Counted from the first letter of the stretch, positions 30,103-40,803 are shown. The stretch is 64,000 nt of DNA from Candidatus Latescibacterota bacterium (GCA_965223905.1 CBDCXV010000010.1:1760001-1824000); one strand, 5' to 3'. Notes: generated from the sequence alone by a model not told the origin. Translations and numbers: made by a program.

Positions 30103-31911
30103 ATGGCCCGGAATCTCATCCCGGAAGAAACCCTGGAGCGCATCAGGGCGGCAACCGACATCGTCGACCTCGTGTCGGGCCATGTCCAGTTGACCAGGAA
30201 GGGCAGGAACTTCCTTGGACTGTGCCCCTTTCACACCGAGAAAACCCCGTCGTTCAACGTCAATCCCGAGCTGCAGATCTATCGCTGTTTCGGCTGCGGA
30301 GCCGGCGGAAACATCTTCAAGTTCATCCAGGAGATGGACCGCGTCAGCTTCCCGGAGGCGGTATCCTTCCTCGCACGGCGCTGCGGCGTGGAGATCCCAG
30401 AGGGCGGAGCATCGCGGCGGGACGGGCAAGTCGCCGACAAGATCTACCGGGCCAACGAGTGGGCGGCCAGGTATTTCCACCACCTCCTGCGGCAGGATGA
30501 AGGCCGCATGGCCCTCGACTACCTGCACGACAGGGGTCTCTCCGACGAAGTAATCGACCGTTTCTACCTCGGGTACGCTCCGTCGGGCGGGACCTCGCTG
30601 CTGGAACGGGCAGGCCGGCGCGGCCATACCGCAGAGTTGCTGGAAAAGGCGGGACTGGCGCTTCCGAGTCGCTCAGGGAGAGGCCACTACGACCGCTTTC
30701 GCCAGCGCGTGATGTTTCCGATCGCCAACCTGTCGCGCCGTTCCATCGGCTTCGGCGCCAGGGCGCTGAAACCCGGCGATGAGCCCAAGTACCTCAATTC
30801 CCCCGAAACCGCCGTCTACCACAAGGGATCCGTGCTCTACGGGTTGAACTGGACGCGGAAGGAGATCGGCAGCCGCGACTGCGCCATCGTCGTAGAAGGC
30901 TACATGGATCTTCTCGCACTTGCGCAGGCGGGTATCGGCCACGTGGTGGCCTCTTCCGGAACCGCTCTCACGGAACAGCAGTGCCGAACTCTCGGCCGTT
31001 ACGCCCGCCGCGTCGTCCTGGTGTTTGACGGCGACGCCGCCGGTTCGGCCGCGGCCATGAACGGGCTTGAGGTGCTGATCGGGGCCGGCCTCGACGCGCA
31101 GGTCGTTTCCCTTCCCGGTGGCGACGACCCCGACAGTTTCGTGCGCCGGGAGGGCTCAGGGCGCTTCGAGCAACTCGCCGAGGGAGCCCAGCCCGCCCTC
31201 GACTTCTACATCGGGCGGCTGGCCGCGGAATTCGACCTGTCGACCATGGCAGGCAAGACGCGGGCCATCGAGCGCGTGGTGCCGCTGGTCGCCAACTGCA
31301 ACGATTCGGTTTCCCGCGACTTGATGCTCCGGCAGGTTGCACAACGGCTCGGGGTCGACGAACGGGCATTCCGAGGCGATCTGGGCAAGACCCTCGTTTC
31401 GAGAAACCTCCGTACCCGAACTTCGACGGAGGAACTGCCGGAAATGCCCTCCTATCCAGAGCCGCCACGTCCAGAGCGGGACTTCATCGGTCTTCTCCTG
31501 CAACACCCGAAACTGATCTCGCGGTCCGCGGCGGAGTTGGCCCCGGACCATTTCACCGATGCGAGGGTGCGCGAGTTGGCCGCACTTCTGTTTTCCCGCG
31601 GCGCCGACGACCCACTCGATCTGCCCACCTTGATGTCGAGCGTCGAGAACCCGGGGCTTGGCGATCTGATTTCGTCCTGCGCCCTGATCGGGTTCGACGA
31701 GGAACAGGTGGAGCTGCAGTGGCGCGACTACGTGAGGGTTTTTCGCAGGAACTCCCTGACACGCAGAATCGAGGAATCCAAACGCGAGCTCGAGGCCGCG
31801 GAACGCGCCTCCGGCGGCCTGGACGTCGATAGCGTCAACTCCCGTATGATGGATCTCATCCGCGAACAGCACGAGTTCGACGCCGTCAAGCTCGGGGACG
31901 AGAATGCTTGA
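30103..31911 (+). CDS. dnaG: DNA primase
   Basis: GLCPFHTEKTPSF..CFGC, KYLNSPET, VEGYMD, FDGDAAG, DPD. Confidence 0.97.
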   Translation: MARNLIPEETLERIRAATDIVDLVSGHVQLTRKGRNFLGLCPFHTEKTPSFNVNPELQIYRCFGCGAGGNIFKFIQEMDRVSFPEAVSFLARRCGVEIPEGGASRRDGQVADKIYRANEWAARYFHHLLRQDEGRMALDYLHDRGLSDEVIDRFYLGYAPSGGTSLLERAGRRGHTAELLEKAGLALPSRSGRGHYDRFRQRVMFPIANLSRRSIGFGARALKPGDEPKYLNSPETAVYHKGSVLYGLNWTRKEIGSRDCAIVVEGYMDLLALAQAGIGHVVASSGTALTEQQCRTLGRYARRVVLVFDGDAAGSAAAMNGLEVLIGAGLDAQVVSLPGGDDPDSFVRREGSGRFEQLAEGAQPALDFYIGRLAAEFDLSTMAGKTRAIERVVPLVANCNDSVSRDLMLRQVAQRLGVDERAFRGDLGKTLVSRNLRTRTSTEELPEMPSYPEPPRPERDFIGLLLQHPKLISRSAAELAPDHFTDARVRELAALLFSRGADDPLDLPTLMSSVENPGLGDLISSCALIGFDEEQVELQWRDYVRVFRRNSLTRRIEESKRELEAAERASGGLDVDSVNSRMMDLIREQHEFDAVKLGDENA

Positions 31912-31946
31912 CCGACGGCGATTATCCGGTAGTTTCGATCCCGCCC

Positions 31947-32023
31947 GGGCCCATAGCTCAGTCGGTTAGAGCGGCGGACTCATAATCCGTTGGTCGTAGG
32001 TTCGAGTCCTACTGGGCCCACCA
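31947..32023 (+). tRNA. tRNA-Ile2(CAT) (probable; lysidine type)
   Basis: GGGCCCATAGCTCAG..GCGGA-CTCATAA-TCCGT..GGGCCCACCA; lacks fMet hallmarks and resembles ileX-type tRNAs. Confidence 0.88.
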
Positions 32024-32151
32024 GCCATTCGAAAACGCAGCCCGTTTGCGTTGCGTTTGCCCGGTATTCGAACCGCCATTCGCCGCTCCGGTGCTCTCCC
32101 CCGCGGCAACCACCCGACGAACCCGGGCGATTCAACCAAGGAAGCTTCGCG

Positions 32152-33516
32152 ATGGAGTCTGTGCCCTCCGATTCATTCGTGGTCAGAACCCCTTCTTCGA
32201 GGTCGCTCTACGAACGGGCCGTGAGGGTGCTTCCGAGCGGGGTCACCCACGACACCCGCTATCTGCAGCCGCATCCGATCTTCGTCGAACGCGCCCGGGG
32301 ATCGCGCAAGTGGGATGTCGACGGTAACGAATACGTCGATTACTTCGGCGGCCACGGTGCCCTGATGCTGGGTCACAACCACCCGGTCGTCACCGAAGCG
32401 GTTCGCGAGCAGCTCGGGCGCGGCACCCATTACGGCGCCTCGCACGAACTCGAACTCGAGTGGGCGGAGCTGATCGTCCGCATGGTCCCGTGCGCCGAGA
32501 AGGTGCGGTTTACCAGTTCGGGGACCGAGGCGACCATGCTCGCCCTGCGCATTGCCCGCGCCTACACGGAAAGGCGGAAGATCCTGCGTTTCGACAGCCA
32601 TTTTCACGGCTGGCACGACCAGGTCGCATTCGGTTCCCCCGCCACTTCAGCGGACGAGCTCCCGAGCGGTATCACCCGCGGCATGGCGGAGAACATCGCC
32701 CTCTGCCCGCCGAACGACATGGATGCCGCCGAGGCGTTGCTCGACAGCGGCGAGATTGCCGCGGTGATCTTCGAGCCGACGGGTGCGACCTTCGGTCGGG
32801 TACCGACGGCTGACGGGTTCCCGAAAAAGTTGCGGCAACTGACCGCGCGCACAGGAACGCTGCTCATCTTCGACGAAGTCATTTCGGGATTCCGCGTGGC
32901 CAGGGGAGGAGCCCAGGAGGTGTATGGCGTCACCCCCGATCTCGCCGTAATGGCCAAGGCGATGGCCGGCGGCTTTCCCGGAGGCGCGGTAGTGGGACGG
33001 GCGGATGTAATGGACATGCTGACCATGAAAGACGCCCAGTGGAACGCCAGGCGGCGCATTGCCCACCAGGGAACCTTCAACGCCAACCCGATTTCGGCAG
33101 CTGCCGGACTCGCCCAGCTGAGGATGATCGCCGAGGGGGATGTGATCGAGCGTGCAAACGCAAACGGGGAACAGCTCCGCAGGCTGCTCGCCGAAGTGAG
33201 CGCCGAAGAGGGGGGCAATGCCATCGTCTACGGGACGTTCTCCGGCTTTCACTTCTTCTGCGACGACGAAGACCGGGGGGTCACCTGCGAGGCGATCTAC
33301 AAGGGCGAGGTTCCGTACGGAGTACTGAAAGGCGGTATGCCGGGCTCCTTGATCAGCGACTTCCGCGCCGGGATGCTCGCCGCCGGAGTCGATCTGGTGC
33401 CCTGGCCGGGAGGTCTGATATCGGCGGTCCACACCGATGAGGATTTGGAGCAGACCGCAGCCGCTTTCAGGCGGGTTCTGAGGCAGTTGGAAAAAGCATC
33501 GCCGGTTACGGCGTGA
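32152..33516 (+). CDS. Class III PLP aminotransferase (glutamate-1-semialdehyde aminomutase-like)
   Basis: WDVDGNEYVD, SSGTEAT, FHGWHD, LIFDEVISGFR, MAKAMAGGFP, GTFNANP. Confidence 0.88.
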   Translation: MESVPSDSFVVRTPSSRSLYERAVRVLPSGVTHDTRYLQPHPIFVERARGSRKWDVDGNEYVDYFGGHGALMLGHNHPVVTEAVREQLGRGTHYGASHELELEWAELIVRMVPCAEKVRFTSSGTEATMLALRIARAYTERRKILRFDSHFHGWHDQVAFGSPATSADELPSGITRGMAENIALCPPNDMDAAEALLDSGEIAAVIFEPTGATFGRVPTADGFPKKLRQLTARTGTLLIFDEVISGFRVARGGAQEVYGVTPDLAVMAKAMAGGFPGGAVVGRADVMDMLTMKDAQWNARRRIAHQGTFNANPISAAAGLAQLRMIAEGDVIERANANGEQLRRLLAEVSAEEGGNAIVYGTFSGFHFFCDDEDRGVTCEAIYKGEVPYGVLKGGMPGSLISDFRAGMLAAGVDLVPWPGGLISAVHTDEDLEQTAAAFRRVLRQLEKASPVTA

Positions 33517-33543
33517 ACCCCGTCCTGTTTCGGCTGGTGTTGC

Positions 33544-33620
33544 GGGCGATTAGCTCAGTTGGTTAGAGCGCTGGTTTCACATACCAGAGGTCACTAGTTC
33601 GAGTCTAGTATCGCCCACCA
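33544..33620 (+). tRNA. tRNA-Val(CAC)
   Basis: GGGCGATTAGCTCAG..CTGGT-TTCACAT-ACCAG..TCGCCCACCA. Confidence 0.95.
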
Positions 33621-33631
33621 CCTGCATGACG

Positions 33632-33666
33632 CGGGCGGCAGTTCCCACTGCTGCCCGTTTTTTTTC
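33632..33666 (+). terminator. Intrinsic terminator
   Basis: CGGGCGGCAG/CTGCTGCCCG stem followed by T8. Confidence 0.8.
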
Positions 33667-33847
33667 GGTATACAGTTTGAAACCCCGGTGCGTTTCCAGA
33701 CTCAAGGCGCCGGGAAATTGGCCGCAGGCTCGAATTCTCGGCGCGGTCCTGACCAAGGGCAGCCCGAAGCAGGCGGGCCGGGAATCCTCGAAGACCCGAG
33801 GTTCCATGGCCCCTTGCCGCCACGCCCGCTTGCCACTGCAGTTCCAG

Positions 33848-34687
33848 CTATTCCTTTACGGCTCCCGCGGTCAATCCCTGGACGAAGTGCCGCTGCAGCG
33901 AGACGAAGATGGCAATGGGGGGCAGGCTGAAGATGAGGGAAGCTGCGAAAAGTTGGTCGTACTTGTTGACGTACTGACCGAGAAAGGCAGTCCTGATCCC
34001 GACGGGGATGGTCAGGGCGTTCGACTTGGTGAATACGTAGGCGAAAAGGAACTCGTTCCACGACAGCAGGAACGCGAAGGTACCGACAGCGACCACTGCC
34101 GGCGCCGCCAGGGGCAGCACGATCCGCCACAACAGCTCGAGTCGCGAGCAGCCGTCGATCAGCGCCGCCTGCTCCAGATCCTCGGGTATCGCCTTGAAGT
34201 AGCCGTTGAGGAGCCAGGTGCAGAACGGAATCGCGAACCCTGTGTAAATCAGCACCATGCCGACGTGGGTATCGAGGAGACCGAGATTGCGGATCGCCTG
34301 GAACAGCGGAATCAGGATGGAGCTTCCCGGAAGCATCTGCGACATCACCACGAGCATCAGCAACAGGGTAGCGCCGCGGAATCGAAAGCGGGAAAAGGAA
34401 TAGGCGGCCCCGACACTGAAAGCCGGAGAAATCACCGCGGTCGCCAGCGAGATTCCCGCGCTGTTCACGAAGTAGCGGACGAAGGGGGCTTCGTCCCAGA
34501 TGTCGAAGTAGGCGTCGAAGGTCAGCGACTGCGGCCACACCATCGGGGGCGTCTGCGTCATTTCGGAAATCGGCCTGATCGACGTGCTCACCACCCATAT
34601 CAGGGGCAGCACCAGGAGGAAGACGAACAGGCCGCCCAGCCCGTAGCCGAGGCTGGACCGGATCCTTTCCTGCGTCCCCTGTCTCAT
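33848..34687 (-). CDS. Carbohydrate ABC transporter permease (MalG-like)
   Basis: YFVNS, EAA loop IPEDLEQAALIDGCS, SWNEFLFA, QRHFVQGLTAGAVK. Confidence 0.93.
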   Translation of the reverse strand: MRQGTQERIRSSLGYGLGGLFVFLLVLPLIWVVSTSIRPISEMTQTPPMVWPQSLTFDAYFDIWDEAPFVRYFVNSAGISLATAVISPAFSVGAAYSFSRFRFRGATLLLMLVVMSQMLPGSSILIPLFQAIRNLGLLDTHVGMVLIYTGFAIPFCTWLLNGYFKAIPEDLEQAALIDGCSRLELLWRIVLPLAAPAVVAVGTFAFLLSWNEFLFAYVFTKSNALTIPVGIRTAFLGQYVNKYDQLFAASLIFSLPPIAIFVSLQRHFVQGLTAGAVKE

Positions 34688-34785
34688 GCCGGTTTTGCTT
34701 CAGCCCTGTTCTCGGCGAACAGCACGCGGATGAAGATCATGCTGACGGCGAGGAGGAACAGCAGCAGGATCATCGCCGCCGCGGA
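34684..34785 (-). pseudogene. 3' remnant of the upstream (MalF-like) permease
   Basis: AAAMILLLFLLAVSMIFIRVLFAENRAEAKPA*, stop overlaps the next ATG; 5' part missing. Confidence 0.6.
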
Positions 34786-35895
34786 CTGTGCTTTCTTTGG
34801 GGGGGGGGTCACCGTCTACTGCGGTCCGAAGGGCATGGTCGGCGCACCCGACCGCCTCTACCGCAACGAGGGCGAGCGCTTTGTAGACGCGACCGAATCG
34901 TCCGGCGTCAGCGCGGCCAACCGCTATTACGGACTTGGGGTTATCCCAGAAGATTTCGATCTGGACGGCGATTCCGACCTGTTCGTTGCCAACGACGAGA
35001 CTCCGAACGTCCTGTTTCGCAACGAGGGAAACGGCACCTTCACCGATGTCGCGGTAATGGGTGGAGTAGCCTACAACGAAGACGGGGACGAGGAGGCGGG
35101 AATGGGCGTCGCTGTTGGCGACTACGACCGGGATGGGGACCCGATCTGTACGTAACCCACTTCTTCCAGGAGTCGAACACCCTCTACGACAACGACGGAA
35201 GGGGCACCTTTACGGACGTCACCGCCCGCTCCGGTCTCGGGGGGCCCACCTTGAGCCGGCTGGGATGGGGTACCGGCTTTTTCGACTGGGACCACGACGG
35301 CGACCTCGACCTGTTCGTTGCCAACGGTCACGTCTATCCCCAGGTGGACGATGTCGAGAGCGGTAGTTCCTACCGCCAGCGCAACCAGCTTTTCGAGAAT
35401 CTCGGGAGCGGTGATTTCCGCGATGTATCTGCTTTCGCCGGGCCGGGGATGGAGGTGGAGAAGGTCAGTCGAGGAGCCGTTTTTGGGGACTACGACAACG
35501 ACGGGGACGTCGACGTCTTTATTGTAAACCTGAACGACACCCCAACGCTTTTGCGCAGCGGCGGCGACGAGGAGAAGGGGTCATGGCTGGCGGTGCAGGT
35601 CGTTGCAAGCACCTGCAACCGTGATGGGACAGGTGTGCGCGTGGCGGTGCGCACAGGGGGGAAGACCCAATGGCGGACGATTAACGGAGCGTCCAGTTAA
35701 TTGGCACACAACGACTTGCGTGCCCACTTCGGGGTCGGGGAGAGTAGTCTGGTCGACGCAGTGCAGCTGTACTGGCCGGACGGGAGCGTTGATACAGTCA
35801 GAGATGTGCCGGTGGGGCGATTATTGGTGATCGAACAAGGTGGCGCCAGCCAAATCCTGAGGATGGGGGAAAATCCCTACTCCCTCGGATTTTAG
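34786..35895 (+). pseudogene. CRTAC1/ASPIC-UnbV FG-GAP protein, 5' truncated, with frameshift (~35145) and nonsense (35698-35700)
   Basis: YCGP..PDRLYRN, DLDGDSDLFVAND, AGMGVAVGDYD, DHDGDLDLFVANGHV, SS*LAHNDLRAHFGVG. Confidence 0.85.
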
Positions 35896-35910
35896 CTGCC
35901 GGCACCCCCA

Positions 35911-36794
35911 TCACCAGCGGTAGGCCGGAGGATGTTGTCCGGCGAGAGCTTCGATCCACATTTTCGACCAGGCTTCGTAGTCGGTGAGAACCGAAGACGG
36001 GGCAGCTGCACTGCGCACCGCGAAGTCGGGCCAGAACGACCGGCCTGTCGGAGTACCGGTCGCTTGGAAACAAAGATCGATGCTCCAGCGAATTGTATCA
36101 GATCGGTTGGGGAAGGATCGGTGCGGGATCTCCTTGTGCATCAGCAGGACATCCCCCCTGCTCATTGGTAGAGCCACAGGCTCTCCCTTCGGCATCTCCT
36201 CTGGGGACAGGGTGGCGCTGGACCTGTGCAGCAGTCCCTGGCCGCACCCCCGGGATAATTTTCATGCAACCGTTCTCGGGGCTCGCTTCGGCCAACGCGA
36301 TCCAGACAGTCAGAATGAACACAGGGTCTGCTTCGGGGAGCATGACTGCGATATCCTGATGCCATTTGGCGACGTGTTCGCCTCCGTGCGGATCGCTGGC
36401 CGGCAGCTTCGGGCGCAGGTGTTGGATGGGATTACAGGTGATTTCGGGGGTTCCGATCAGTGGTTCGACGAGATCGAGCAGGGAATCGTTGCGCATGAAC
36501 TCGAACATCGCCCTGCCGCGCAAGTGCATTATGTCCAGATCGGGATATATCTCTTCGCACTGCCGGTGCAGATGGATCAGGCGCCGCTCGAATGGTTCGG
36601 CGACATACAGGTCTTGTATCTTTCCTTCCGCATGCAGCTCGCGGGCGCGCAGAATGCAGCTCGCGGGCGCGCAGATCGATGAACTCTTCGTATTCCGAGA
36701 CGACCGGATGCAGATCGGCATCCGTCAGGCCTTCTCTGACCACGACGTACCCTTCCGCATCAAATCGATCCTTCTCTGCCGTTGTAAGACTCAT
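35911..36794 (-). pseudogene. PhyH-family dioxygenase, two frameshifts
   Basis: FDAEGYVVV, WHQD, VWIALAEASPENGCM, GDVLLMHKEIPHRS..RWSIDL spread over three frames. Confidence 0.85.
36632..36675. repeat. 22-bp perfect tandem duplication
   Basis: ATGCAGCTCGCGGGCGCGCAGA x2. Confidence 0.95.
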
Positions 36795-36876
36795 ATGTGT
36801 TCGCTCATCGAAAAACCACCTCCTGAGGGTGAATCTCGCTCGAATATGCCGGGGTAAGCTGGTATCGTCAAAGAAA

Positions 36877-38140
36877 ATGGTCCGACTGGTTGGCGCGAAA
36901 TGCCTTCTGGCGGCCATCGCTTGTGAAGGCTGCGGTCAGACCAGTGATACCGGGGCGAAGGCGGGGTTGGACGATCTTTTGAGGCAGCACCTCCTTGCGG
37001 CGAAGGAGCACGTGCGCGCCGGGCAGTTCCCCGCTGCCGTGAAATCGGCAAAAGCGGGCCTCGCTCTCGACTCGACTTCCGCCGATCTCAACAACCTGCT
37101 GGCCACCGCCGAAGCGTCCCAGGGTCGCTACCGCCCCGCGATCGACGCCCTTGAGCGGGCCCTGAGACACCACCCGGATTTCGCCCTGGGACACCTCAAC
37201 CTCGGCGGCCTCTACACCAAGCTGGGTCGCTTCGATCTCGTCGAAGTCAATCCGGGTTGAAAGGGCCCTCGACCTGGAGCCGGACTGGTCGTCGGTATAT
37301 CGGCGCCTCGCCGAGTTGTACCTCGGGAGCGAGCGGCCCGGGGCAGCCATCGACGCGATTCGCCGGGCAATGGAGCTGTTCCCCGGCGACGCGACCCTGA
37401 CCTTCTATCTGGGTCGCTCCCTGGAGACAGCCGGACGGAAAGAGGAGGCCCTGGGTGCCTTTCAGAAGGCCGCCGACCTCGATATCGGCTTCGAAGAGGC
37501 CCTCTATCGCCTGTCCGTGCTTGCCCGGAGGTCTGGGCGCCACGCCCTCGCCGACTCGGCACTCGAACGCTTCGAACACCTGCAACGGATAGGAAACTCC
37601 CCCGAGATTCATAAAATGATGAAAAGGTTGCGCTCGTCGATCCTGAACGCCCCGGAAGACGGGGCTCACCACTACGCGCTGGGCGCCTTCTTTGCCCGCT
37701 GGGGATACTGGGATCAGGCGCTTAACAAATTCGCCCGGGTCGCCGCCCTGGATCCCGCCGACCCGCACCGGTTGAACCAGATCGGCAACCTTCTCGTGCT
37801 GCACTCGCGCCCAGGGGATGCGGTCGCCTTCTTCGAGGATGCCATGGCCGCGGACTCGACATTCGTTCCGGCATTCGTAAATCTCGGGACCGCTCTCGAC
37901 CTTCTCGGCCGCGGCCAGGAAGCCATGGATTGCTACGAACGGGCGCTGGCGTTGGGGCCAGCGGATCCCACTGTCTATCTCTCCTACGGCCTCAGTCTGC
38001 TCAAGGCGGGACGGCCCGAAGAGGCCGGGGAGAAGCTGGAATCAGGCAAAGCCCTGACCGCTCCCGATTCCAAGTTGCGCGCCCGATTCGATCGCCTCCT
38101 GTCCGCGGGGACCGCAGCAAGGGACAGGACGAACCCGTAA
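36877..38140 (+). pseudogene. TPR protein split by a frameshift near 37250
   Basis: TPR helices (ALERALRHHPDFALGHLNLG; ERALDLEPDW..; CYERALALGP) continue across two frames. Confidence 0.75.
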
Positions 38141-38147
38141 CGCAGGC

Positions 38148-39833
38148 TCAGGGAGCCGGCTCCACCAGCCGCACCGTTCCGTCGAGTGGCGGCTCGGCGA
38201 TCACCTGCTCGACCCCACTGGGCCAACGGACCCGCAGGGGACCGGGATCGGCCAAGCCTCCGAGTCCGAAGTGAGCGCGGTAGGGACTGGAGGATAGATA
38301 CCCCACCCCTCCGTGGATCTCGCGAAACTGCCGTGCCCCGGCCTCCCCCACCCACAGCTTGGCCCCGACCGCGTCGCGGTTCGTCCTCCCCTCCAGCTCG
38401 ACGTCGAGCCAATGGGCGGCGTTGCCCCCCTCGTTCCGCAGGATGACTGCCCCCCGTCCGGCATCGAGCAGGGCGATGTCCGTGTCCCCGTCGGCGTCGT
38501 AGTCGGCAAAGGCTGCCCCGCGGCCTGCGTAAGGGGTCGCGAAGGCCTGCCCGAGAGCAGCGGAAACATCCCCGAAACGGCCGCCCAGATTGCGCAGCAG
38601 CTGGGGCGTCTGCCGGTAGGTGACCAGCGCGTCGTACTCCTCGATGTTGTCGTGCACGTGTCCGTTGGCCACGAAGAGATCGAGCCAGCCGTCGTTGTCG
38701 TAGTCGAGAAAACCGGTTCCGAACCCGAGGTAGTTCAGGCTGACCTTCCCGAGCCCGGCTGCAAAGGAGATCTCGGCGTAGTACGACCCGTCGTTGCGAT
38801 ACAGGGCGTTGTGCTCCAGCTGGTAGTTGGTGACGAAGAGATCGAGGTCGCCGTCGTTGTCGAAATCCCCGGCGTCGACGCCCATGCCCGCCTGCGCCTT
38901 GCCGTCGGCGCTCAGCGCCGTTCCCGTTAACAGGCCGACCTCGTCGAAGCGGCCTCCCTGGTTGCTGTACAGGAAATTGGGGGTCATGTCGTTGGCGACG
39001 TAGATGTCGGAGTCGCCGTCGCCGTCGAAGTCGCCGCTGACGGCGCCGAGGCCGTTCCCGGGGTCATCCACTCCCGCCGCGGCGCTTCTGTTCGCGAAGC
39101 TGCCCTGGCCGCCGTTGACGAAATACAGATCCTTCGTCGGTGGGAACTGGCTCGGGTCGCAATAGAACCGCAGGTCCATGTCGCGCCGCCCGCACCAGGG
39201 GTGGGCGACGACCTCGAAGGCTACGTAGCTGGTGACGTACAGATCGAGGTGGCCGTCGTTGTCTCCGTCGACGAAAACCGCGCTGCTCGACCACCCGGCC
39301 TGCCCTACCCCGCTTCCGAGGGTGACCTCGGTATATGCCGATCCGTCGTTTCGCAGGAGTTGGTCCGGTCCCCAGTTGGCCAGGTAGAGATCCTGGTCGC
39401 CGTCGCTGTCGTAGTCCGCAGCGGCGACACCCATACCGTAGGCGGAACCTGACAGGCCGGCTTCGCGGGTAACCTCGCGAAAGCGGGCGCCATCGTTCCG
39501 GTAGAGCCGGTTCCAGGAATCCCCCCTGCCTTCGACGAGATTGCCGCTGTTGACGAGGTAGAGGTCGAAGTCGCCGTCCCCGTCGCTGTCGAACCAGGCG
39601 ATGCCGGATCCGTAGGTTTCCGGCAGGTATTTCTCGGCCCCTATCCCGTTGCGGTGGGTGAAGTCGATCCCCAGTTCCGCGGTTACGTCGGCGAAGCGGA
39701 TCGGATCGGCGCTGCCGCTCAGCGGCCCCGACACCCAGGCCGACGCCAGCAGAATTGCCCGCGAAGCCCGCCCCAGCCCACTGGGGAGCTTGACCGTCCG
39801 GATGGAGTAGGTGCTACCTTTTGAAGTCCTCAT
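38148..39833 (-). CDS. CRTAC1/ASPIC-UnbV family FG-GAP repeat protein (start uncertain)
   Basis: FADVTAELGIDFTH, repeated DxDGDxDLY, AGMGVDAGDFDNDG, GYLSSSPYRAHFGLG, VRWPSG. Confidence 0.9.
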   Translation of the reverse strand: MRTSKGSTYSIRTVKLPSGLGRASRAILLASAWVSGPLSGSADPIRFADVTAELGIDFTHRNGIGAEKYLPETYGSGIAWFDSDGDGDFDLYLVNSGNLVEGRGDSWNRLYRNDGARFREVTREAGLSGSAYGMGVAAADYDSDGDQDLYLANWGPDQLLRNDGSAYTEVTLGSGVGQAGWSSSAVFVDGDNDGHLDLYVTSYVAFEVVAHPWCGRRDMDLRFYCDPSQFPPTKDLYFVNGGQGSFANRSAAAGVDDPGNGLGAVSGDFDGDGDSDIYVANDMTPNFLYSNQGGRFDEVGLLTGTALSADGKAQAGMGVDAGDFDNDGDLDLFVTNYQLEHNALYRNDGSYYAEISFAAGLGKVSLNYLGFGTGFLDYDNDGWLDLFVANGHVHDNIEEYDALVTYRQTPQLLRNLGGRFGDVSAALGQAFATPYAGRGAAFADYDADGDTDIALLDAGRGAVILRNEGGNAAHWLDVELEGRTNRDAVGAKLWVGEAGARQFREIHGGVGYLSSSPYRAHFGLGGLADPGPLRVRWPSGVEQVIAEPPLDGTVRLVEPAP

Positions 39834-40803
39834 GAAATCGATTCTGCAGACATTCCGGTTTGCCGCCTGCCCGCTGGCGGCCCTGGCGGTCGCGGCGACC
39901 TTCGCAGGATGCGATGCCACAGCTCCCCAATCTACGGGTGATTCCGGGACCGCGGCACTGCATGAGATCCTGCGTGAGGCCTCGAGGGCAGCCGAAAAGG
40001 GACAGTACGAGCAGGCAGAGGAGCGTTTTGCCGCTGCCCTTGCCGAGGCGAACGGCTCCGACGCCGAGCGCCTGGTGCGGGTGCGGATCTTGCAGAGCCT
40101 TGCCCGCGTCAAGGCGGTTCAGGGCCGGGTCGAGGCTGCCGACAGCCTCCATCACGAAGCGCTCGCCCTGCTCGAAGAGGACGCGGAAGATCTCGGGATT
40201 CCCGGAGAGGAGCTGCTGCAGGCCCTAGGTTCCCTCGGCAATCTCGCGCGCGCGCGCGGGGACCTCGACACCGCGGAATGGCGCTTCGGGCAGATTCTGC
40301 AGCGCGGTGCCGAAGGGGAGATCTCGCTGCAGCCCCACGACATCGCCCTCCCCGCGACTCTCAGCGGCCTTGCCAAGGTCGCCCGGGCGCGCGGCGACTT
40401 GGAGCGAGCCGACTCGCTGTCGAGCCGCGGCATGGGACTCAAGCTCTACTCCCAGGGGTTCGCAGCGTACACGCACAACGATCTCCAGCAGGCCGAATCG
40501 ATGTATCGCCGGGCGCTGTCGGTACAGGAGAAATCCCTGGGGCCGTTCCACCCTGACGTGGCGGCGACCAGCTCGGCTCTCGGCCGGCTGCTCGCTTCCC
40601 AGAGCCGCCACCCCAGTGCGGTACCGCTTTTTGAGCGCGCCGCGCGCATATACGAGGCCGTTCCCGATGCCGATTTCGAGCTCGGCACCACCCTCGAAGG
40701 GCTGTCGGAGAGTCTGGCCGGCACATCCCGGGGGGCCGAGGCAGACAGCGTGGCCAGACTGGGTGAAGAGGCAATTGTCAGATATAACGGAAATGGCGGC
40801 TGA
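39832..40803 (+). CDS. TPR lipoprotein
   Basis: Lipobox FAGC; TPR_12-like AESMYRRALSVQEKSLGPFHPDVA. Confidence 0.8.
   Translation: MKSILQTFRFAACPLAALAVAATFAGCDATAPQSTGDSGTAALHEILREASRAAEKGQYEQAEERFAAALAEANGSDAERLVRVRILQSLARVKAVQGRVEAADSLHHEALALLEEDAEDLGIPGEELLQALGSLGNLARARGDLDTAEWRFGQILQRGAEGEISLQPHDIALPATLSGLAKVARARGDLERADSLSSRGMGLKLYSQGFAAYTHNDLQQAESMYRRALSVQEKSLGPFHPDVAATSSALGRLLASQSRHPSAVPLFERAARIYEAVPDADFELGTTLEGLSESLAGTSRGAEADSVARLGEEAIVRYNGNGG

Noticed and set aside
31947-32023. Calling this tRNA fMet or Met
   Set aside because: It has a paired 1-72 position and lacks the GGG/CCC anticodon stem; sequence and context favour Ile2, although elongator Met is not fully excluded.
16960-33620. 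Two similar tRNA-Val genes as attL/attR of an integrated element
   Set aside because: Both are complete with different anticodons, they flank core genes, and there is no integrase.
33626-35155. 509-aa plus-strand ORF
   Set aside because: Chimera of the antisense of the ABC permease and the ASPIC/UnbV fragment.
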